64,000 bases of DNA from Chlorokybus atmophyticus. Its lineage: Eukaryota; Plantae; Mesostigma and Chlorokybus algae. Under the pieces are notes generated by a model, which ran no database searches, had not been told where the DNA came from, and was given only the letters and a program-made list of their open reading frames with translations. The first letter of the stretch is position 1, and each line of letters opens with the position of its first letter. The DNA is taken from assembly GCA_009103225.1 (NCBI GenBank), contig RHPI01001037.1, forward strand, positions 1,419,127 to 1,483,126. Direction: 5' to 3'. The translations under genes were made by a program, and so were the position numbers. Below are positions 27,096 through 37,313 of the stretch, one piece after another.

Positions 27096-28939
27096 ATGAG
27101 CAGGCCCACCCCTTTCTCGTCAATAGAAGAAGGGAACCTCAACAGCTGGAGCCCAACCTCCAACCTTACCTACGAGCGCGCAAGTGAAGGGAGCAGTCAC
27201 CGTAGCAGCAGAGGCTCACGCCCCGTCTCCGACTTCACCTCGTTTCACTCTACTCGTCGTCAGCGAGCATGTCCACCTCCGTTGGACAGTGACGATGACA
27301 AGATGGAGCCTTTCAGCTTAACCAACTCTCTGCGCTTCTCCGAACGCTCTGGCACCACCTGACTTGGTGAGTTCATCATCAAGTTCCACTCTCAGATGCG
27401 GCAGCAAGCTCTCAAGAGCAAAGACTGGACAGATGAGGTATCGTTTCATGTGTCCGCTCGATACCTTGATTACGAAGCACATGATGTGTGGAAGTCCGTT
27501 GCTGAGTTGCACAAGATTGATGGCTACGGCGAGCTGGCCAGCACCATAGCCTCCACATCAGTGCACAGCCCATCAACTGCTGTCCCCGTAGCAGCGGCCC
27601 CACCAGCCTCATTCACTGTTCTCATCCTAACCGCAGCCTTGAAAAAGGCAAAAAATGAAGAAGTTGAGGTGGTAGTGGCTTTTTTAACTCCTGCAGAGAT
27701 CGAGGCCAACAAGGCTGACCGCCGGATTATAATATTCAACCGCACCGCTGCTATCATTAAGAAGCAACCAGGGGAGCAGCAAGCTGCAGCGTTGGAAACG
27801 GCTACTCCTCTGCTTCCAGCACCGGGCTCGCGCGCTCCAGCAAGAGGCAGTGTTTTCACCCTCGAGTCAGTGGCATTGCGGGCACCCGCGCTTATGGTGG
27901 GCATTGCCATGTCGGACTCTCTTTTAAAATACCTCTACGCCGCACTTCGGCGTACGTTCCCACCTCAAACCAACATCAAGGTGGAAGAGTTGAGGCACTT
28001 CGACGGAAGCCCAACGAGGACCCTCTTCGGCTGTATTCGCGGTTAGAAGGGTTGCTTAAAGACACCAATTACAAGATTGTCAGTAAGGAGGCGGCAGCAG
28101 TGGTGTATGTAGCCGAGTTGGATCCCACCTTGAGCGAGTCAACGCGCCTGACGCTGAATTACAGCAGGCCCCTTGGCTACACCCTTAAGGAAGCTCTTGA
28201 GACTGCACAAGCCATCCTCAAGCGCGCGGTGTACGAGAAAGCAGTGCTGAACACCAACCGCAGTGCCTCACGGCCTATGGCAGGCACAAGTGCAGAGCCC
28301 CCTCAATAAGACCGCAGCCGAGAGACTCAAGGAGTCCAAAACAAAGATAAATGGTCAGCTCATGCTGCCCTTATTGCTCCAGTGTTGTGCCATCGGTGTG
28401 GTCGGCATGGCCACTATAAAAAGGAGTGCACCGAAGACTATGGCAACCTTGTGTGCGACTACTACTGCCACAAGACGGGACACTTGGAGACAGTATGCTG
28501 GCTCAAGTTCCCCGAGTTGCGGCCCTCTATTGGCTACAACAACAACAACAGCGCTGGTGGCTACCGCGGCAACAACAACAACAACAACAACGGGGGCTAC
28601 CACAACAGCAACAACGCTGGCGGCCACAATAACGGCAACAACGCTGTTGGCAACCACCCCAACATCCCCAATGCCGGCAACCGCAGAGAGGAGTCGGGCT
28701 ACAGAGGGAAACCGCTGCAGCGCAAAGGACCTAAGGGACGTCCTCGTGCTAGAGCGGCGGTTGTCAAAGCATCAGCTCCTCCACCAGCCGTCGACAAAAA
28801 TGCAGCCCTTATGGCGCGCGTGGCACAACTGGAAGAGAACAAGGAGCAGGATTATCAAGCCTGCTACTCTGCCCGCTGGGCTAGAAGATGGCACCCAACC
28901 GAGACAGGGACACTCCCACGCCATCTCGTGTGCAACTAA
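27096..28939 (+). pseudogene. gag: gag of the DNMT-bearing retroelement
   Basis: ORF segments 27096-27362, 27396-28046, 28052-28309 and 28382-28939 join through in-frame stops and one frameshift. Knuckles CHRCGRHGHYKKEC and CDYYCHKTGHLETVC. Confidence 0.75.
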
Positions 28940-31139
28940 CAAGACGTGCGCGTAGAGAAGCTGGCGCATCATCGACAGCGGTATCGTTGGAAGCCACAAG
29001 TGGTGCTGCCTCCGCATCCACAACCACTATTGGGACGACGCCATCAATGACACCGTCGGCATTCACACCAACAACGACAGCAGGTGTAAGCACCCATGGC
29101 ACCATGCTATCTCCGGTGATGGAAAGCACCGAAGCCGCGGCAGCCATGGTCGGCGGGTTCGTGGGTAGTGAAGCCACCACTCCTACCTCCATTGGAGCCA
29201 CGGCATCAGCCACGACTGCTGCCACCCTCACTGCTGCCACCTCGATCATGACTCTTGCTGCAGGTGCCACAACCATCACTTGAAGTGATGTTGCACCCAC
29301 GGCAATACCACCTGACGTTCGAGCAGCGCCGCCACCAGCACTTGATGTCACTCAGCAAGCACCACGCGAACCGCAAGCAGACCAAGCTTGGGTATCCATT
29401 CTGCACAACATCAAGCCCACCACCATTGCATACGGACCTGGGGGACAGTGCACTACACGCGTGGCACGCGATGATCGCATCCTGCCTCTATCACCTCCAG
29501 GGGACCACACGCTGCCGGAGCCCACCCATCAACATCTAGAGGACGAAATTCTCGCCGGCACTGCTCTGGAGATGAGGGATTGGCTCTTCGGGGTTACCTA
29601 CCGGCGACCTGCTATGCTGGAGCTGGCCATACAGCTGTTCTTGACGTTGCACGCAAGGGTGCAGGGCGCACCCAGTCAGCCGCGACAGCCAATGCCCGCG
29701 CAACAGATTGAGTAGTCACCGCTTGACCCGCTCGGACTTCAGCGCCGTCAAGTACAAGCCCTCATGGTGACCACGTCAGACATGCCGCTGGGCACTGACC
29801 CTGCGCTTCGAGGGCTCATTCAGGGAAGCCGGCAGGAGCGGTTTTTTTGTCCTCGATCAAGCACATCGCTATCGATTGAGTGGACCAAGCAACACAAGTT
29901 GACGCACGCCGTTAAGTGTACGAGGCAAAACATGCTGCTTTAATGCCGACCGCGGCGCCGGCTGATGTCGACAGCACCTCCAATACACTGACCGTGGTGT
30001 AGCCCACATCAACTGCAGTCGCTCCGCGAAGGCAAGCAACTGTTGCGGACCAAGCGAGGGCGTTGGCGCAACAATTGAGGGGGGTAATTGCCCTGCTGCT
30101 GCCTCCTTTGGTTGAAGACATGCCCGAAAATCAATGCGATTCAGGACGAGGGTAGTACCTTACCCCACATGAGGACACCACACAATGAGGAGGAGCTGGT
30201 ATGGTGGGAGAGCAACAACTCCGTACCGCACTCATACGATAAGCAGTTATGCTGCACAGGCCTGAGGGCAGTGCATTACAACAGATGATGGGGATGCGAG
30301 AAGGCAGTGCCACCTGTGCACGTCGTGACATGGCTAGTCGCCAATCACCCTGCCGTCCCCATCTTTACCTTTGGCAACAGAGCATCATGGTTGGGGGCAT
30401 CCGTTCGCTCGCTGTGACAAGCATACGACGAGGCCGCCACCACGGCTTCAGACACATTGGAGGGAGTGCAAGAGGCAATGCTGCGGCTGCCAGGGGTAGA
30501 AGCTACACGGCAACCACTGCGCATCGCCATTGCTTATGAGCTACACGCACGACAGACTGACCTCCAGCGCACTATACGTGCACGCGCCATGATCGTACTC
30601 GATGTGTGTGTGGTACATGGAAGGTGGGATGCCTACACGGCAGGAATATTGCGAGTCCCCACCATCACCCACGACATGCGGCGACAGCTACTACACGCAG
30701 TGTACCTGCAGCCCATGCCTCAATACCATCATTGGACTGACATGGACACGGAGCCCACAGCCACGTGGGAAGGGACATTGGTCAGAGAGGCGGCTTGTGC
30801 CGTTTGATGGACGTACGCCGCAGAGGAAGCTAAACGCGAGGCAGGCCCACAACCACCGAGTCCTCCGAGTTTTCCTCCACAGCCATTGGGTACACCTGCG
30901 GGCATGATCCCATCCTCGCAGAGGCAGCATCCACCTGCACCGCCACTACAATCGTCGCCGAAACCCCCAGCACCAAGGCCTCCCCGTGTCTACCAACCAC
31001 CACGACAAGGTCGGTTCGGCAGAGGGAGAGGGCAAGAAGAGGGTCCTCCAGACTCAGCAGGCAGAGGAGCTTTGGCTGCACTGCGCTCAGCACCCCCAGC
31101 TGAGAGACATGAGGCCCCGATGGTGGCAGCCCGCACGAA

Positions 31140-31545
31140 GAGGCTGCTCATCAACGCTAACGCGGCCATGGTTGCCAACGAAGGCAAGCACGTGGCCGTC
31201 AACGGTCAAGCACCCAAGCGTGTGATGCAGAACACCGGAGCACAGCCTGTCATCATCCGGCGTTTCCTTGCTCGGTCCCTTGGCATCACCAGCTCAGACT
31301 TGCTGCCTTGTTCATATGTGTTGGACGCCGCTACCGGCAGTTGTGACAAGGTGATGGGGGTTACCAAGGAGGCTCTCTGCATCCGGTTGACAGGGCTGGA
31401 CCCAACCCACACCACGGAGATCATTCAGCAATGCGTAGTCGCCAACGCCGACTCCTTCGGATTTCTGCTTGGACAGGACTTTAACTTCCCCGTGGGTATG
31501 GGCCTGGACTACTTGACAGAGCGGGCTTGGTTCCGACCACATTAG
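31140..31545 (+). pseudogene. Retropepsin-like aspartic protease domain (catalytic DTG reads NTG)
   Basis: RVMQNTGAQPVIIRRFLARSLG...SFGFLLGQDF matches the retroviral protease pattern (DTGA...LLG.D). Confidence 0.7.
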
Positions 31546-31963
31546 GACGAAGATGACGGAGAGGTACAGGGCTTCCTGCCCCTCGAGTTGGTGTCGCAAA
31601 CGCGTGCCTAATGCAAAGTGGCTGCCGCAGCCATACGCCGTCACGTGCGCGCGTGAGAGGCTGCATCGGCCACATATACCAGCGCTCGCACAAGAGTTGC
31701 TGCTGTTGCCGCCGCCCCTTGCCGCACCGACGACACCGCTCCGATTCCTTGCACTAGAGGAGCAGGAGGATGCCACCGTCGAAATGGCATTACAATCTCC
31801 GGCCGAACGCCGTTGGCGTGCGCAAGTGGACGCGCACCTCTTGCTGATCCAACCGCTGGTCACCTCACGCTTTCATCACAACACGGGACACGGCAAGGTG
31901 CAAAGCGAGCACATGGTAGCCACCTGGGTGGTGAAGTTCCATACCTTCCGGCGACAACAGAGC

Positions 31964-32910
31964 ATCACAGTGTTGGTGCTGTTTGGAGGCATCGGCAGTG
32001 GCCTCGCTGCGGTCCTCAACACAGGTGTCAAAGTCACCAAGTAGTATTGTTGTGACCCCGACCCGCACGCTCAAAACAGCCCTTACGCACCATCTGCGCA
32101 AGCTGCACGAGCGCTATCCACAGCAACTGCCCTTATCGGCGTTGCAAGGCAGCCTCAAGGCATTGCCACACGACATGCGGCTGATCACAGAGGACCACTT
32201 GCTGTCCCTCGGCAACATCGACTTGTTCATAGCTGGATGGGAGTGCCAAGGACACTCCAGGGCAGGGAAAGGCCGAGGCCTTAAAGACCCTCGCTTAGGG
32301 CCGTTTTGGGAGTTGATGAGAGTTATCCACCTCCTTCAACAGCACCAGATCTCCAGGCCCCTAGGATACGTCGTCGAGAACGTGCACTCGGAGGATGATA
32401 AGCGTCCCCATGTAGCCTCCAGCTACCGACAGGTGTGCTCCATCCTTTGGCATCCACTAAAAGTGATTGCAGCACGCCATGGCTCCCGTGCACATAGTGT
32501 GCGCGGCAAGCGGACAAACTTAGCCACCACCGAGGAGCTAATGGCAGCAGAGTTCACACGCAGCACTCGGTCACGCAATCTCTTGATCAATGACATCCTT
32601 GACCCCGTAAATCCCAACCGGTCACACGCCTTGACCACAGCCACTTCTACCAGTGCAACCAATCGGGGCAACCGAAACGCGCACTTCCCACCTTGATGTC
32701 CTACCCTGGGTCGTACGCCTTTCGCAATGAAAGTGACGGCATGGTCTTCGACACCACAATAAAACAATTCACGGAACCCAATGCATGTGAGCGCGAACGC
32801 ACCATGGGCTTCTTCCCAAACAGTATCACAGAATCCCAGCTGACCGACACTCAGCAATGTCAAGTGCTCGGCGCCATTGACAAAAACAGCATGGTCTGGT
32901 TAACAGGAGC
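31964..32910 (+). pseudogene. C5 cytosine DNA methyltransferase domain inside pol
   Basis: Motif I VLVLFGGIGSG (31964-32000); motif IV IDLFIAGWECQGHS (Cys codon at 32244); motif VI YVVENV (32376); motif VIII-like HGSRAHSVR; motif IX/X-like EPNACERERTMGF...QVLGAIDKNSM. Interrupted by a stop and frameshifts. Confidence 0.88.
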
Positions 32911-33179
32911 TGCGTTTCGCGTTGCAGGACCGCCATATGTCCTTTAAAGATCTTGAACACCTGGCTAGGGGGTGGGCTGATCGCGTTGCAAACACCAAGG
33001 CAGCTCACACAGCCCTCAAGGTGGCCCACATGGAGGGGCAAGCCGCAGTAACAGTGGAAGACATCCCCGTGGTTGCCAAGGCAACGTCATGGGACCATGC
33101 TATTGGCCTTCTTGCCACAGAGGACACACGAGAAAAGCTGGATGCTCTCCTCAACACGTGGAGGAGGCAATTCAGCTCT

Positions 33180-34460
33180 ATCGTGAAGGAGTTGGGTACA
33201 TGTTCAGTGTACCAAATGGACATTGAGCTAGTGGACACCGAGCCGGTATTTCGACGGCAATACAGGCTCTCCAAGTTGGAGGAGGACCTGGTGGAACAGA
33301 GATGTAAGGCTCTGCTGAACGCAGGCCTCATTGAGGAGTCCACATTGGACTTTGCATCCGCGACGGTCGTGCCGTTGAAGAGAGATTCAGCAGGCAACTT
33401 GAAAGAACGGCGTATGTGTGGCGTCTATCACTCTCTCAACAACAAGACTAAACAAGACAGGTACCCAATGCCCACAGCAGAAGGTATCTTTGATAATATG
33501 GGAGACTGCACAGTTTCGGCATCCTCGACATGCGCCAAGGGTACAATCAAATCGCCATTAAGGACGAAAACAAGCACAAGACCTCCTTCCGAGGCAACCG
33601 ACAACTGTACCAATGGAAAGTGATGCCGTTTGGGCTGAACAATGCCCCCGCCAAGTTTCAGCGCGTCATGGACAAAGCCTTGAAGGGACTGCACTTCGCG
33701 CGATGCTACGTTGACGACATCTTCACCTTCAGCCGCAACAACAAAAAGCACCTACAGCACATCGAGGACGTGCTGAAGAGACTCAGGGGTGGGGATGACT
33801 GTGCATCCCGACAAGTGCACCTTCTTCACTCACAAGGTACCCTACCTGATACACATCATTGTGCCCCACGGTGTGTACGTACAGCAAGCATAGGTGGAGG
33901 CCCTGGCAGCTATCCCTGCTCAAATGGACCTTACGCGCCTGCGCGCCTTCTTGGGCCCTGCTAACTACTTTTGCCGGTTCGTGGACTTCGCAAAGATTGC
34001 GCGGCCCCTCAACGAGCTACTAAAGAAGAAAGTGGAGTTTGCGTGGAAGGAGCCACAGCAACAGGCTTTTGAGGAGCTAAAGGGCAGGCTCATCGCAGCT
34101 CCCATCCTTCAATGCCCTGACTACACCAAGCCCTTCATCCTCCACACCGACTGGAGCAAGCCCGAGATGGGGGCTATGTTGGTGCAGCACAATGAGAACA
34201 CGAAGGAGCGGGTGGTGTCATACGCCAGCCGAAGCAACAACAGCGCCGAGGCCAACTACAGCAGCTACGAGGGGGAGTGCCTTGCTGCGGTGTGGGCTAT
34301 CTCCTTCTTCCGTCTATTTCTCTTCGGTTGATAATTTCAATTGATCACCGATCATCAGCCACTCGAGGTGGTTGATGACCAACCAACACCTGACAGGGAA
34401 ACTTGCTCGCTGGGCCCTGCTGTTGCAGGAGTATGACTTCGAGATTGACCACCACGCGGG
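33180..34460 (+). pseudogene. pol: Reverse transcriptase and RNase H (Ty3/gypsy type)
   Basis: YRLSKLEE, RRMCGVYHSLN, DRYPMP, GYNQIAI, YQWKVMPFGLNNAPAKFQRVM, CYVDDIF, LRAFLG.ANYF, FILHTDWS, YASRS...EANYSSYEGECLAAVWAI, ITDHQPL, KLARWALLLQEYDFEI. Confidence 0.95.
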
Positions 34461-34949
34461 CCATACCAACCAAGACGCCGATGGCCTCAGTCGCAAACCT
34501 CACCTCAGCACCAACAATGCAACCGGAGCTCGGCATGAGCTCGGCCCTGCTGCAGCAGCTCCCACCGTGGCAGCCATGTTGCTGTGGCCGCGTTACGCTC
34601 AGGGCGCAAAACCAACACCACTGCCACATCAGCGGCGGAGGAGATTTTTGCCCTTGAGTCTACTGGCCCCACAGTGACCACACCCTTAGGGGACGCCCAC
34701 GCGCTCGACATTGTAGTCGTCGACACAGAGCTGGCCCACCGACACCAGGCAGGACATATGGTTAGACAAGCCATCAATCTCCTTCCTTCAAAGTGGCCAG
34801 CTTCCCTTCGGCATAAATGCACAAGAGAGAGATTGTGTCAACCAACGCACCTGCCACTATTGGTGGGCAGACGACGAGCTGTATCGCCGTTCTCATGACG
34901 AAGACAAGGACCCGACACCAGCCACACGCGAGGGCATCATCACTGCCCT

Positions 34950-35500
34950 CCACATTGAGCTTGGACACTTTGGTGTCAAGCGTGCGGTGAGCCTAGTAAG
35001 GGCACAATATTGGTGGTATGGGTTGTCTAAGCAGGTGCAGGGATTCATCAGTCATTGCCAAGAGTGTGATATGGTGCGCGCCATCCTCAACACACGCAGC
35101 ACCACCTTGCACCCACTCCCCATATTTGGTCTGTTCTATCGTTGGGGACTCGACATCTTGGGAGACTTGGCACCCTCAGCACGTGGCAACCGTTACATGC
35201 TGGTCATGATCGAGCACTTTTTCAAATGGGTGGGCTGGTGCCACTACCCGACAAGAGCAGCAGGGGGGGGTCTCAAGCCTTCCTCTCCCATGTTTTCAGC
35301 CGATTCGGCAGCTGCGGTCATTTCCGACCAAGGCACAGAGTTCAGAGGGGAGTTCGACACCCTTTTGGACAGATGCTACATCGGTCATCGCCGTACCTTG
35401 CGTAACCACCCCCAAGCCGATGGTCTTGCCGAGCGTACAGTGCAGTCCATAAAGAAAGCACTCCGCAAGTACGTGCTGAAGTATATAAAGAACACCTAGG
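34950..35500 (+). pseudogene. int: DDE integrase (HHCC zinc finger plus rve core)
   Basis: H..LGHFGVKR...YWWYGLSKQVQGFISHCQEC; RWGLDILG; VISDQGTEF; HPQADGLAERTVQSIK (about 35 residues between the second D and the E). Confidence 0.92.
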
Positions 35501-36044
35501 ATGACCATCTTCCGTGGGTGGCCTTTGGATACCGATTGTCATACAGGCAGCTCTGCGCGAGTACAGCCCATACTACCTGATGTTCGGCCGCCCGCCATTG
35601 CTTCCCTTTCGTGCACAGCAGGAGGTAGATTGTGTGGTGAACAACCTCTACAATCCCATTTGGATGCACCACGACATTACCACACGCGCCGCGCTATTCG
35701 AGCGCACCGTCGATATGGCCTTCAACAACCTACGCATCGCGCAGCACCGCGACACTTTGCGCTACGAGCGCATGCGCAGCGGCTTCTACAAGGAGCGCCA
35801 ACGACGGTTTCAAGCAGGGGACTTTGCCTACCATGGCATGGCAGCCACCAAGGACACGCTTGGCACCTCCGTGGGCCGCACCGTCTACAAGGTACTCAAG
35901 GTGTACCCCACCGGGGTGCTGGACCTCCTCGGTCAAAACGGAAAGAGGTTGAAAGACAACATGATAAACTGCGCACCATGTCACCTCCCGTACGTAGCTG
36001 GCTTTGGGCGCATTCAGCACCCTCGCCCCGCCCGCAGCACGCGA

Positions 36045-36179
36045 TATGAATGCTGCGGCAGCACCGACGACAACGCACTCATGATGCTTTGCGACGGCTG
36101 TAACAAGGGCCTGCAGTGCTACTGTCTTGAGCCCCCATTAGACGCAATACCCATGGAGGAGTATTGGTGCGACGATTGC
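36045..36179 (+). pseudogene. PHD finger at the C-terminus of integrase (partly decayed)
   Basis: YECCGSTDDNALMMLCDGCNKGLQCYCLEPPLDAIPMEEYWCDDC fits C4HC3 spacing, with the first Cys read as Tyr and the His as Gln. Confidence 0.85.
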
Positions 36180-36252
36180 CGCGCCAACGGCCCTCCTCAC
36201 TTGCGTTAGCAGCTGAGCCCTGGAGCTGGAACCTCCTCGAAATATCAGGGGG

Positions 36253-36492
36253 GTGGCTTGTTGACTGTGTGTCCTACAGAACAGCATGTACACTAAGGAA
36301 AACACCGACTCCACATGTCCGTATTACCCAGCAGCAGCAAAGCAGCTCCACAAAGCACTTGTCGTCATAAGAGCGGGGTTATCTTTTGCTTTTAATACAC
36401 GTTACAGCATGTTGTAGTAGCGTGCTTAGCGAGCGTGTCTCTTTCTGCAGCTGTCCGAAACAGCGTGACCCTCGACTCTCCTCGACCCGACA
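36253..36492 (+). repeat. Terminal repeat B1, preceded by purine tract AGGGGGG (36247-36253)
   Basis: Aligns with 37086-37313 (about 88-90% identical by eye); ends CCCGACA. Confidence 0.92.
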
Positions 36493-36494
36493 GC

Positions 36495-37099
36495 TGTCAT
36501 GCCTATTGTCCGCGCATAACAGCCTTCATCGGGCATGCCTACATCGAGACCCTCGCCGGGCCTACCAGCATAGCGACCCGCGCGCGGCACTAACCAGTAG
36601 CTAGGTCATAACTCTAGGTTAGCTCACGACCATAGCCTACATAGGCACCGCGCGTAGCTGTTCAGTTGTGAGTTCAGTTACAAGTTGCGTTCCATACCGA
36701 GTGGGGATTCTGTGGAAAAAATAGCCTCGATATGACCATTAGCTTATGTTCTGAACAGTCATGATTTGACTTGTATAAGTAGTCACGGTGTTCATCGGAT
36801 CAGCTGGTGACATTGTGAGTGAAAAACCTAAGAGCTTGTGAAGCGACTTGAACTACGAACACGCCGTCCCGGTTATCAAGAAACCCCTCATCGTGTGAGA
36901 GCTTGTGCATGCTCGTGTGCACCGCGCTTGTCATTGCTGTGAGCTTGGTGTGCCTGGTTGCGGTGTGCGTGTTGGCATTAGTTAGGGCATAGCTTTCACG
37001 TGTTGCTTGCTCATTCACCTTACTTAATAGAGTAACACATTTTCCACTCATGCAAAGAACTGTGTAAACAGCACTACCTATAGTAGTGGCTTGTTGACT
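36495..37099 (+). repeat. Terminal repeat A2
   Basis: Copy of 26272-26874; separated from B1 by the dinucleotide GC. Confidence 0.93.
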
Positions 37100-37313
37100 A
37101 TGTGTCCTACGGCACAGCATGTACAGTAAGGAAGACACCGACTCCACATGTCCGTATCACCCAGCAGCAGCAAAGCACTTGTCGTCATAAGAGCGGGGTT
37201 ATCTTTTGCTTTTGCTACACGTTACAGCATGTTGCAGTAGCGTGCCTAGCGAGCATGTCTTTCCCTGCAGCTGTCCGAGACAGCGTGACCCTCGACTCTC
37301 CCTCGACCCAACA
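37086..37313 (+). repeat. Terminal repeat B2 (right end of the element)
   Basis: Copy of 36253-36492; overlaps A2 by the shared 14-mer GTGGCTTGTTGACT; ends CCCAACA. Confidence 0.92.

Larger units (their letters stand above)
26272..37313 (+). mobile_element. Ty3/gypsy-type retrotransposon carrying a C5 DNA methyltransferase and a PHD finger, bounded by split direct repeats; pseudogenised
   Basis: Ends TGTCATG...CCCAACA; flanks ATAT / ATAC (possible 4-bp TSD with one change). gag with CCHC knuckles, protease, DNMT, RT (YVDD), RNase H, integrase and PHD in that order; many stops and frameshifts. Confidence 0.9.

Noticed and set aside
27360-32044. In-frame TAA/TAG in the retroelement as evidence of a reassigned genetic code
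   Set aside because: Host genes end in TAA, TAG and TGA and have no internal stops; the TE stops are decay.
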